A stretch of 54,430 nt of DNA, the filler included, from Circinaria calcarea (Eukaryota), in NCBI GenBank assembly GCA_051942165.1. It is 4 parts of 4 records of this genome, joined end to end, with 100 filler letters (N's around TTAATTAATTAA, not from the genome) between each part and the next. Parts side by side here need not be neighbours in the genome. Positions count along the whole stretch, not along the records: positions 13,687 to 27,204 come from JAVECS010000488.1; positions 27,305 to 40,819 come from JAVECS010000489.1; 2 more parts are not named here. One strand, 5' to 3'. Every line of letters begins with the position of its first letter. Within the stretch, counting starts at the first letter, position 1. The translations under genes were made by a program, and so were the position numbers. The notes beneath the pieces were generated by a model. That model searched no databases, was not told where the DNA came from, and saw only the letters and a program-made list of their open reading frames with translations. This document shows, piece by piece, positions 23,741 through 34,447 of this stretch.

Positions 23741-24191
23741 GGGTCTGGCGAAACCGGAAGCTTTGGCATGAGGCCATTCATCTTGAGTCTGGCATAGCTA
23801 GAATCGGCTGCCTTGGAAGGGGTTCACAATGGGGGTATGCAGCCCTTTTGCTGTCGTGCACGAGCCCACCACCACATTTCATGTCTTTTCTTATGCTCAC
23901 AGGATAATCTCCAATTGTAAAGAAAGCAGTCCCTGGGCTCCTTTGGACCATCCTCATGTCATACTTTCCCTTTCCGTGATTTGTCCGAGTGATGGGTGGA
24001 ATATCGAGGGAAAGAACCTTAGGGCTGGATAGAAGCTCTTCCAACCGGATAGGGACTAGTCATCATTCTGATTGCGCCTTCCCAGCTCTTCCCATGTCAT
24101 CGACCATCCCATGCATCTCTTACCCATATCCTTCACCAGGACCTTTGGAAGGCATCCATCAACTTGAGGCCGACGAGTGTCAAGCGGCAGA

Positions 24192-27100
24192 ATGCCACTT
24201 TCCGACATCTCGGTCAATATCGTCGGTAGACCTAGGAATGCTGGTCGTTACGACAACCCAAGGGCCGCCAAGGTCGAGGTTCATGGGGAGAACCCAGTCG
24301 GCTTCGATTCATCCCTCGCGTCGATACATGGGATGCTCAAGAATACCACCGAGACTGGAGATATCGGGCAGTTCTCGATCAAGTCTGCTCCAACCCCACA
24401 TCCGGTTGCCTTGGTTCCACCTGAATCTCCCACATACCTGCATCATCACCTGAACCTACCGAAGCACCAGGTTCATCAGCTTGAAGAATACACCTACCAT
24501 GGTCAGCGTCGTGTCGATAACTGGCCACGAACGTCGATGCTGGATTACAGAGGTACTGGAGCCTCGAGCATGGTCTCTCTACGCCATTACGGGAGTCAGG
24601 AATCAGTCAACCTTCGACCTCGTCATTTAGTCAACGGTCCTTTAGCTTTCCCTTTGCTTCCAAACTTTCATGTTGGCTACGGCGTCTCTCGTCATCAACT
24701 ACACACCAGCCCTAGACCACGGTCCCCCTTTGCTTATCCCACTAGATTGAAACGACCTGGCTATCGACCCGCTTCACCAGCTTTAGTTAGTCTTCATGGG
24801 GTTGCATCAGGAATGCGAGGTGATGGTGAACAAGTAAAACCCTTTCGTACTTCTTCTCCCTTATCTCTGCACGCAGGAAAGAGAATACCATTAAACAATC
24901 GTTACGATCCTAATCGATCTGTTCCATCTGTTCCATCTCTATCATACTCCCATAATACCACCCCATCACCGCTCACCAGATTCAAAGATGGAGCATGGAG
25001 TACGCCAAGTGGGCCAAGTCAAGGCCCAACCCCACAACCATCCCCAAGACAAAGTACTACATATTACGATGGACAGTTTGGTGAAACTACCGCCAAAGGA
25101 CGGATGCACCAACAATCGCCATCTCCCGTTCCCTTGTTCTACGACTACACTGAGGCATTTGAAGAGGAATACAGATATCACAGCGCGAACTTATCCGTAG
25201 TTTCACTAGTGGGTCAAATCATACCTGAAGATGAGGAAGTAGAGACCTACCATGAGCTTGAGGGGGATTTGGGAGTCTTGCCGCCTGCAGAACTACCAAC
25301 CCAGTATCATGCTAGTCCAGCGTCGTCCAAGGCTTTTAGACATACATTGGACAGTCCGTCACCAAGTTCTATCCCCGGCAAAGTCCTGGCACAAATGGCC
25401 TCTTGGATGAACGTGGAAGGTGATGGAGCTGTAGATACTTCTCTTCAGACCACAGAGCGAGAAAGGGAAGATTCAGAATACGAGGAGGGTAATAAGATAT
25501 ATTGCAAAGAGGGGACCGAACCTGGAACATCAGATGCAGACACCATGGGACACCATATACTCTCCTCCTCGAAGCGAAGAATCCAAGCTCTCTCCGTCCT
25601 AAATCCATATCGTGCTGCCAGCTGTCCGAATTTTCGGCGAGCTTCTGTGCTGCCAACTCTTCCATCGAATAGGCTTAGTGGTCAAGCAGAGCCTCCCAGG
25701 AAGCCGCCCATGGTTTGTGAAGATAAAAACGCGACAAACTCCGATACGAATTATCGGTCGTCGCGGTCATGGAGGATCCCATCGATGAATTTTGACCAAT
25801 TAGAGGCTATTCGTCAGGAGGACGTATCGAACGTCGAGACATCACAGGCCTCACGGAATGATACGACCCGCCAGGTTGAAGGGATAGAGATATGTGCCCC
25901 TGTTGCTGAGCGACCTGTCTCAATTCAAAGTCGAAAAGAGAGGCTGAGCCGTATACTATCCATCAATGAAGCGTCAGCCGAACTTGCAAACGTCGTCAAG
26001 GATAGAAGAGCCGACAAAGTGAATGGACCAACGTCGGATTCAATAGCAGAACTCCCTGCAACACCACCGCCTCATGACTCGATTACGAACCTCACTGGAA
26101 AATCAGTTAATATTAGCATACCTGCCAGACTACCAACGCTAGAAGGGAAGGATTCAAATCAGAGTGTGCCTGTAGAGTCATGTGCACTGGGAGAAAACAG
26201 TGAGGAACCTGTGCAAGGAAGGTTATCAACAGCATCCAACGCAGGTCATTCCAGATCGAATTCCGAAGATCTCCAACACATTGACAGTAGGAACGCATAT
26301 CCGTGGACATCGATGTATCACCGTACATTCAATTTCCCTCCAGCAGCAGCTCGGCCAAAGTTACATGTGTCCATGTCCCACAAAACTACCAGGTCGACCT
26401 TACCTACTACTGAATCTCACATTAGTCGAGGCTCAGAAGATGCGTCCTCGATGTCACGAACTGTATCATATGTGTCTGTTCCGCCTAGAACGAGCTCAGT
26501 ATCAGAGCAATTGCCGTTCGCCTTCACTCCTTTGATCAATGTCAAGAACAAGACTCATGTACCAGCAGAAGGTCATCATGGGATGGAGGAATTTTCAGAT
26601 ACTCAGAATCTCGAAAGAGAAATCCGGCCGCTTCTGATGCCCAAGTTCAAGCTCAAGATGAGAGCTGAGAACAGTATAAAAGCCTTATTTCAAGAATCAC
26701 AGTCCGGACAGTTGGGCGAGTCAGCCGTAGTTGGCGCTTTCTTGAATGAGTCGAGCCTCAATACGTCTGACCCAGCTATAAAACCACCAAAATTTAGACT
26801 AAAGGTGACAAAACCTACGAGTTCGACCGATGGGACTGTTAGGGCTAGAAACGGCAGCGCGCCTTCTTTGACATCTTTGACGCAGAGATGGGCCGTTCCC
26901 TCCAATCTCTTCCAACCCCGACAGTGTAGAGAAAGAGGTAATTCAGAGGATACTGCAGTGGAGGAGAGTGGCCCTGTGCCTGCACCGATTCGTACGCGCT
27001 TCACCGAGGCCCTCGATACCCCTTCAGCATCTCCGCCATTTATCACGCTGAGTCCGCCGTCACCTGGCTTGCATTTGACAGAAGTTCGCAGCTTCTTCTC

Positions 27101-27204
27101 GGACGATAGTTCACAGCTACAGCAAGAAGGCAGCATAAGGAAACGTATATCTCAGCTCAAGGCTATCGCAGGTAGAGCAAGTTCGATGGATGATTTCAGG
27201 GGTG
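24192..27204 (+). CDS. Large Ser/Pro-rich, probably disordered protein of unknown function, 3' truncated; start uncertain
   Basis: Open frame of about 1000 codons running into the spacer, with motif-like islands (MLKNTTETGDIGQFSI, RPRSPFAYPTRLKRPGYRPASP, LFYDYTEAF, RSFFSDDSS). Confidence 0.78.
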
Positions 27205-27304
27205 NNNNNNNNNNNNNNNNNNNNNNNNNNNNNNNNNNNNNNNNNNNNTTAATTAATTAANNNNNNNNNNNNNNNNNNNNNNNNNNNNNNNNNNNNNNNN
27301 NNNN
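27205..27304. other. Artificial contig spacer
   Basis: N44-TTAATTAATTAA-N44. Confidence 0.98.
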
Positions 27305-27965
27305 GAAAGAAAGGAGAAAGAGAAAAGGGAAAGAGGACCCAAGAGGAATAAAGAGGAAATAAGGAGGGAGGTAAGTAAGTACCATCTATAGTAAGGGGGA
27401 GGCGGAAAAAGATACAGGGGTACCATAAAAGAAATCAGTTTTGGAAAAAAAGGAAAAAAGGGGTGTGTGTGATTGGCTGGCGCTACCAACATTCTAGCGC
27501 ATCATCTTATCTGCCAGCCAGCCAGCAAAACGGGAATTGGAAAAAAATTAAAATATCGGGGGATGAGTTCTTTTGGTAATTCGAGAGAATTCTGATTCGT
27601 TTCTTTTCTTTTGTCTTTTTTTTGGGGGGTTCGTTTAATTGCTACTTACTACCATCTTTCGGCTCCATTTCACCTATCACTGGCTACTACTACTATCACC
27701 TAGCCATCTAAAACCAGCTTCCCCCCCCCCCAAACCCTCTTCCTAATCGCTCAAAACAAATGCCGAGAGTTGTAAATGCTTCAACCCGCTACCCTCTCCC
27801 AAAAAAAGACCAATCACGCCTCGAGTCCCCCCAAATTCCAGCCCCACGTTTTCCATGCAAGGTGAAAAAAAACTCCCCAGATGTTATATACATTCGCTCG
27901 AAAGATGGTAAAATTGTCCTAATTCCATTTCGTATTTTACATTTCCCATCCCCATCCCATCTCCA

Positions 27966-30900
27966 TTATCTCTTCCGAACCCGATGCTCGCCGCCCTTTT
28001 TCGGTTTTTTCTTGCCCTTATCGACCGGGAGCATGACCGGCACGTCTTGGAGTTCCCACTGCACGTGCGCGAGGATATAGTCATCTACATCGTGCGCGGC
28101 TTCATCGGTTCCCTCCAGCAAGGGATTAGAAGTTGATGTGAGATTTGATTCCATGCTTTCAAGTGTAGGAGTTCCCCGAACAAGCGTACTGCCGGGAACC
28201 TGCAAAGAAGCAGATGATGGTGGCAGGAGGCTTCCCGGGGTATACGGTCCAGGTGTCCTCGGTGTTGCCGCACCAGCACTAGCCGTCTTCTCATCGAAAT
28301 CGGCATCATCGGCAACCAGTTCCTTCTCGGCGACCTTGGCGGCAGCGATATCTTCTTTATCCTCGGCCTGCTCGAATATCTGTCCAGATAGCTTCCCACG
28401 CCCGGTCCCCGCCCCAAGTACGCGGTCCATGGCTGCACTTGCTTCAGCATCTCCCTCATGGAGAGACTCGTTGTCAAAGGCGTCCTTGATATCGGGCTTG
28501 TTGAAATAATCGGTGGTAAAGTCGCCTTCTTGAATGATGACGTCGTCCAGCATGCGTTTCTGGTTCGCTTTACGGAGAATATTAGCTTCGATCGTGTACT
28601 CGCTGACAAAACGGTAGATGTGCACATCTCTCGTCTGTCCGATCCGATGACATCGATCTTGGCATTGTTTGTCCATCGCGGGGTTCCAGTCCAAATCGTA
28701 GAAGATGACAGTGTCGGCCCCAGTCAGATTGATGCCCAGGCCCCCAGATCTCGACGATAGGATGAAAGCTAAGATCCGATTATCGCTGTTAAAGCGGTCG
28801 GTAAGAATTTGACGCTGTTCGATCTTGGTAGATCCATCAAGTCGGAGGTAGCGGTGTCCATGAATGTTCAAGAACTGTTCGAGGATATCAAGAACCTTTG
28901 TCATTTGAGTGAAGATAAGGGCCCGATGTCCGCCAGCTTGCAAAGTACGTAGAAGAACGTCAAGTCGCTGTAATTTCCCACAGTCGTATTGAAGGAGTCG
29001 TTTATCAGGAAATGCAATCGAGAGACGCATGCGAGCTTCGTGAAAGGAATCCGCCGGATAGGTCTGCTGTGCTTCTCGAATCATTTGAATACCAGGCTGG
29101 GAGAGAGTCAGGGGTGTCAGATCTGGTGCAATTACGGCAGGTGTCACACAAGCGAACTTTTGGATAGTGGATTGCAATGCCTCGGAGCGGCGTGGTAATG
29201 TCAGCACCATGTCCCCCATTGCAGGTGATAGATCTGAGAACCAATCCAGAAGTTCTGATCGTCGCTTTGGATAAGGTCGTGAAGGCAAGCGATCAAGATC
29301 AAGACGTAAACGCTCCATAAGGCTGTAACTGTACAACGGCCGTCGTTGGCTTCTCAGGCTTGTCAAATAGGCGTTGTGACGAAGCCTTTCCAACGTTGAG
29401 GTGCGAGCGGTGTTTTCCATATATGCCAAGCATGAATCGATGGATGTACCTTCGTACGGCATGTTGGTAAGTATCCGTCCGTATTGCTGCGCCACTAATT
29501 GCCTCAATTTACCCAGAGCCCCAAGTCTGCAGTTCTGAATGGTATCAAGAGCAGACACCGGTCCATTGGCGCCAGGTAGCAGGTTGACGACATCAATATC
29601 GACTTTCTGCATAGGATCCTCCTGCAAAAGGCGTCGTCGGACCAGAAGCTCTTTGATCTCAAAATCGGCAATAGCAGATTTGGACATAGCAAACGAAGTG
29701 ACAATCTGTCGAGTCTCGAAAAGATCCGGATGATTGCAGACTTTACGAAGTTGCATCAAACAGTTGATAATTGACAGATAATTGCCACTGGCCAAAGTCT
29801 CCCGTGTCTGCGCCCTAGACATGAAACCATCATAAAGATACCGTTGACGTTTGGATAATTTGCAGTAGACCACATGTTCATACTTCCCTGGCATCTGCTT
29901 CTCCACGTCTGCCTTGAGTCGACGGAGGAGGTATGGTCGCAGGACGCCGTGGAGCCTCCGAACAAGTTCCTTGGCTTCGTCATCCATGGTGTCTCTGCCT
30001 TGTTCGAGGATCTGATCCACTGGCTTCTTGAACCAGCTGGTGAAAGCCTGCAGATCTGCGAAACCTGAAATGCCAGTGTCGGTGCTATCAGAAGGCATAA
30101 GGAAGAACATCAACGACCATAATTCTGTCAAGTTATTCTGGAGTGGAGTCCCTGTCAAGAGGAGACGAGCTTGGGTTCTAAAAGTAAGAAGGGCTTGCCA
30201 TCGCTGGGAACGGAAGTTCTTGATATTATGAGCTTCATCAAGTACTAGATAGTGCCAACCGCGTTTCTTGAATGTGATCTGATCCTGTAGAACAAGTTGG
30301 TACGAGGTAATGCAGACGTTCCACTTGTCGTCATCTAGCCATCCTTTACGCTTCTGCTTTCGCTCCTCCTGTGTCCCATAGTATGTCAGAATCTTAAATG
30401 CTGGCAGGAACTTCTTAAACTCCATTTCCCAGTTAAGCATGACACTCGTAGGGACGACAATCAGATGAGGTCCCCAAACTTCATGCTCAACAGCAAGGTG
30501 AGCAAGCAAGGAGATTGTCTGTATCGTCTTCCCAAGACCCATTTCATCGGCGAGTATACCGTTGGTTTTGTTTGCATAGAGACCGGCCAACCAATCAAGG
30601 CCATAATGCTGATACTCTCGAAGTGTGCCCCTCAAAGGGGATGGAACTTGGGTTTTCAGAGGTTGTGATGATACTGGAGTCATAGGCAGTGAGTCCTGCT
30701 GACTTTCTGCCGTGGTGTCAAGGTGTGCCAATTCGTTAAGCAAGGAAGGCTTGCTGGGACCCAAGAGATTTTTGGAAGTCTTGTTTGACTCAATCGTAGA
30801 GCTTGCCACGCTAGGAATATCGGTGTCGATAGCAAGTTTCATGCCTTTACTGGCGTCAATGGATGGTGCTTCACTATTGCTCGCAGATGGAGTCCGGACT

Positions 30901-33092
30901 TGGGTAGCGTCTGGAATGAGAGATACTTCTTCAATCTCTTCATCAAAATCACCATCATCTTGAAGTTGCTGATTGTAATTTCCATTTGCAGGTTTTTCTG
31001 GGACTTGAAGCTGTTTCTTTTTGAAGAAGCCGAGAAGACCCTGCTCTTCCTCGCTCTCAGGACTGTCATCGTCTCCATCCTCAGCTTCCCCCGAATCTTC
31101 CGAAGGCTCATCACTATCGCCCATATCATCCTCCATATCGGTGCTTTCGTCACTGTTGTCCAGCAGTTCCTGATCCACCTCCTCTAGTGACACCGTAGTT
31201 AATTCTGCGTCGTTGTTGAGGGATTGCGTTAGTGCTTTTGAGTTGCAGTTTTGCTCCGCGACCCAATGGTGTTTGCCTGAGCCATTCGCATTCGGTGAAT
31301 TGTCAACTATCATTGGATCTTCGTTCTGGTCCGTGTCTGGGGGTCTATCGAGATTTTCTGTAGGTATCTTGGCGTATTTCTTGCGCAACTCATCTACCGA
31401 AAGGCGCTCATCGTCATTCGGAATGCTACTATGAGACCCCTCTTCGCTATCTGACTGGCTAGATGACATGTTATCCTCGTCCTCACTCACCGATTCCGAG
31501 CCGGCTTCACCCCCAGAAGAATCATCCGATCGTCCGCTCGAGTCTTGATCCCCCTCCTCGGCTTCAGCAATACTCGTGCCTGCAGACCCTCTGCGCCGTC
31601 TTTTATGCAGCAGCTTTGTTGACTGCTCAAGTACCCTATTTAGAGCTTGCTTACCAAGAGCCTGTTGTTCCTCTTCCCATTTCTCCAGTCTTTGGCGGTG
31701 GACCTCCTCTTTGGCCATTTCCCACTTACGCGAGAGGTCCTGCATAAGCTGCGAGTATCTCGCCTTGGTTAGCTCCATCTTTTCTTGTTGTATCTCCTGT
31801 AAGGTCTGAGGCTGACTTCGCTTCCACATCGCTGCAGCTGCATAGGCTAACTTTTTGGCATCGGCTATGTGTCTTCGATGCTCCCTGTTCATCAATTTCC
31901 GAAAGTATACAGCGTGCGCAAGGAGGTGATCTTTATGTGCATAGTGCTGTGGCGGCTCATCTTGCGGATCTGGCACATACACAGAGCATTTCCCAGGGCT
32001 AAGGACCCCACCCGGCTCTGCAGCCCTGAAGATACGATGTCGAATCCGAGCTTCCTTTTTGGCTTGTTGACTGGTAAGACGTGCACCATCATCACCCGTC
32101 AATGGGTTATCTTCTTGGATCCAATGTCGAAAGGACGAATATCGTCGTGGCAAAGTCACGTTACCAGGATGCTGTACTGTGACTTCAGGCATACGGACGC
32201 TGAGCTTGAGCCGTTGGGGCTTGAATTTAGGACCGACCCGTAGCTCTTCTTCTCCTTCATCGTTGTTCAATGTCATGTCCTGTTCCTCTTGATCTTCGCC
32301 GTTGTCCGAGTTCTCTCCATCCACTTTCTCGTCCTCGTCGGATGCATGCCATCTGTTCCTAGTCGGCGTTTGGTTGACTATGTTGGAGGTAGTAGACTTT
32401 GGAGGACGCCCTAAACGGCGAGTGTGATGAGGGTTGACAGGTACCGCCCCGGAAGGCAGTGGACTGGAGGGCAATGGCAAACCCTTCTTCTTGTAGGAGT
32501 GTCTTGTGGCCGGAGTAGAATCCGAATGCAGATTTGGGTCGACGCCGTTCTGTACCCGTAGCTTCGATGGTGACTCTTTGAGATGATGAGGCGCACATAT
32601 TCCCTTTGCCTTCACAGCTTTCCCAGCCATCTGCGTTGAACCCTGTGTCGATGTCTTCGGCAATGTTTGATGAGCCGGTGCGCTAGCATATTTGCTCTTG
32701 ATCGTGTGGGTCTGCTGAATTGCGGCGCGCGTCTGACGCTTCGCTGCCTGAGGCTGTAATTCGAGCGGTACGGCATTTGTACGAGATGACTTTCTCCTCC
32801 CTCCCTCCACAAACGATGTCGGTCCTTCGACGGTGACCTTCTTCCATGGAGGCGAGAGTGGTTTTGATACCGAGCGTTGTTGGCCGGCGGAGTCTGCCCG
32901 CTTTCGTTTCTTACTAGGCAGTCCTTCGTCAGGGACTTCGCAACTGGTGTCTTCATGATTCAACAACCTCTGAGGATGGCCGGGTGTCACGGGGGTATTT
33001 TGCGAACTGTCTGGCGTGGTTGAGGTGCGGTTTTGGCCGGATGGTTCATGTTGTGCTTGAGCTTGGAACTCGTGTCCGAGGCCGTTTTGCAT
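27966..33092 (-). CDS. SWR1: Chromatin-remodelling ATPase Swr1 (H2A.Z deposition), apparently intronless
   Basis: HSA-like region, LREYQHYGLDWL, GILADEMGLGKTIQTI, DEAHNIKNFRSQRWQ, split ATPase insertion, FPDKRLLQYDCGKLQ, DWNPAMDKQCQDRCHRIGQTRDV. First ATG at 33092. Confidence 0.97.
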   Translation of the reverse strand: MQNGLGHEFQAQAQHEPSGQNRTSTTPDSSQNTPVTPGHPQRLLNHEDTSCEVPDEGLPSKKRKRADSAGQQRSVSKPLSPPWKKVTVEGPTSFVEGGRRKSSRTNAVPLELQPQAAKRQTRAAIQQTHTIKSKYASAPAHQTLPKTSTQGSTQMAGKAVKAKGICAPHHLKESPSKLRVQNGVDPNLHSDSTPATRHSYKKKGLPLPSSPLPSGAVPVNPHHTRRLGRPPKSTTSNIVNQTPTRNRWHASDEDEKVDGENSDNGEDQEEQDMTLNNDEGEEELRVGPKFKPQRLKLSVRMPEVTVQHPGNVTLPRRYSSFRHWIQEDNPLTGDDGARLTSQQAKKEARIRHRIFRAAEPGGVLSPGKCSVYVPDPQDEPPQHYAHKDHLLAHAVYFRKLMNREHRRHIADAKKLAYAAAAMWKRSQPQTLQEIQQEKMELTKARYSQLMQDLSRKWEMAKEEVHRQRLEKWEEEQQALGKQALNRVLEQSTKLLHKRRRRGSAGTSIAEAEEGDQDSSGRSDDSSGGEAGSESVSEDEDNMSSSQSDSEEGSHSSIPNDDERLSVDELRKKYAKIPTENLDRPPDTDQNEDPMIVDNSPNANGSGKHHWVAEQNCNSKALTQSLNNDAELTTVSLEEVDQELLDNSDESTDMEDDMGDSDEPSEDSGEAEDGDDDSPESEEEQGLLGFFKKKQLQVPEKPANGNYNQQLQDDGDFDEEIEEVSLIPDATQVRTPSASNSEAPSIDASKGMKLAIDTDIPSVASSTIESNKTSKNLLGPSKPSLLNELAHLDTTAESQQDSLPMTPVSSQPLKTQVPSPLRGTLREYQHYGLDWLAGLYANKTNGILADEMGLGKTIQTISLLAHLAVEHEVWGPHLIVVPTSVMLNWEMEFKKFLPAFKILTYYGTQEERKQKRKGWLDDDKWNVCITSYQLVLQDQITFKKRGWHYLVLDEAHNIKNFRSQRWQALLTFRTQARLLLTGTPLQNNLTELWSLMFFLMPSDSTDTGISGFADLQAFTSWFKKPVDQILEQGRDTMDDEAKELVRRLHGVLRPYLLRRLKADVEKQMPGKYEHVVYCKLSKRQRYLYDGFMSRAQTRETLASGNYLSIINCLMQLRKVCNHPDLFETRQIVTSFAMSKSAIADFEIKELLVRRRLLQEDPMQKVDIDVVNLLPGANGPVSALDTIQNCRLGALGKLRQLVAQQYGRILTNMPYEGTSIDSCLAYMENTARTSTLERLRHNAYLTSLRSQRRPLYSYSLMERLRLDLDRLPSRPYPKRRSELLDWFSDLSPAMGDMVLTLPRRSEALQSTIQKFACVTPAVIAPDLTPLTLSQPGIQMIREAQQTYPADSFHEARMRLSIAFPDKRLLQYDCGKLQRLDVLLRTLQAGGHRALIFTQMTKVLDILEQFLNIHGHRYLRLDGSTKIEQRQILTDRFNSDNRILAFILSSRSGGLGINLTGADTVIFYDLDWNPAMDKQCQDRCHRIGQTRDVHIYRFVSEYTIEANILRKANQKRMLDDVIIQEGDFTTDYFNKPDIKDAFDNESLHEGDAEASAAMDRVLGAGTGRGKLSGQIFEQAEDKEDIAAAKVAEKELVADDADFDEKTASAGAATPRTPGPYTPGSLLPPSSASLQVPGSTLVRGTPTLESMESNLTSTSNPLLEGTDEAAHDVDDYILAHVQWELQDVPVMLPVDKGKKKPKKGGEHRVRKR

Positions 33093-33527
33093 TTCTCGTG
33101 GCGTGAATTCAGTCCCTTTCCCCGAGGGACCCCCAAGTGACAAACCAAACCACGCTTAAACGGGTCGATTGTGGCATCAAAAGAAAGCTTAGCATGTGCC
33201 TAGTCGAGTCCCGAGTTTTTGAACGGGATGGCGACAGTTTTGCGTCCTATGTCGGGGAAACAAAAGCTGTCAGACCTGTTGGTGTGAGCATTGGACTTTT
33301 CGGCGAGGCTTAAACTCTACTGCCGCACCACGCCTTACCACACTCGTCCGGAGCAAAGTGCCCCGGTCATGCGCAAACTCGGCCGCCGTAATGACATACC
33401 TAACCCTTCGCGAGTCGAGACCACCAAAGTACGGTCAACGCTCGTAGCTTCACGATGCAGTAACCAGTAGTACTTGAACCTCCTATTGAGATTGATCATC
33501 CCACATGGTCATCAATTATTTCCCCCA

Positions 33528-34105
33528 ATGATTTCTCAAAGGCTGGCCGCCGTCCAGCCACTCACTCGCGCTCTCCAGTCTCGAAGCTCTCTCCTCACTC
33601 GCCCGCAAATCAGATGCCTCACCCAAGCCGACATCGACGACCCGGATATGGTATGTGCTCCCTTCCCTCGGCGCTTCGAACACAGGGCTCAGAGCGTCAA
33701 CAGAACGGTGGCTATGTCAATCCTCCGGCCCAGAAGCGTCAATTCCGCGACCCCTACGGCGACTGGTGGGATAAGCAAGAGCGGAGGAACTACGGGGAGC
33801 CGGTACACGAAGACAACGACATCCTGGGCATGTTTTCGCCCGAAGAGTATACGCACGTCAAGTCGGGCACAGCATTCCTTCAACTGGGGTGCTTTGTCGC
33901 CACCGTTCTCGGTTTTTGTGGGGTAGCCAGTCTATATTATCCTGATAAGCCAAGTGCGCCGAGGACGTTTCCGGAAGGCCTCTCGAAAGAGCTGGGAGGG
34001 CCCGGGGCATTACCGGTAAGTGGGCTCGGTCTCCTATCCAGTGGCGACACAGTCTAAGAAGGGCAGGCACCGGCAGGCGAAGAGTCACAGGCTAGTTATG
34101 TATGA
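33528..34105 (+). CDS. NDUFB8: NADH:ubiquinone oxidoreductase subunit B8 (ASHI); join(33528..33650,33704..34015,34067..34105)
   Basis: Mitochondrial presequence, DPDM|NGGYVNPP..KRQFRDPYGDWWDKQERRNYGEPVHEDNDILGMFS, one TM helix, YPDKPSAPRTFPEGLSKELGG. Confidence 0.92.
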
Positions 34106-34447
34106 ATGAAGCGGAGACACCATAGTGCAGGACCATCAATGATCAGTGTATACAACTTCTATCGTCTATGGAGTTTCAACCGTCTCTTCCTAAACAAGAG
34201 GTCTGTGACCAGAAGTATCGGGTCAGCATGGCTAAAATACTCCATCACCGAGCTTCTTTTGTCTGCAAAGGCCGCTATGATCATGCTTTGGGTATTCTCC
34301 CAACGCCATGGCCCAATGCAATGCCTGCAAGCAATGTGCGCCATGCTGCCCATTAGAAGAGACTTGAAACATCCGCTTGCTATGCTAGTAGACTCGACGC
34401 TCAGACCCAAACTCCCGCTAAAGTTGCAGTCAAAATCCTTGGTCGAG

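Noticed and set aside
27305..27760. GA-rich and homopolymer tracts after the second spacer
   Set aside because: Ordinary low-complexity sequence downstream of SWR1 at a contig end; no repeat unit or structure.
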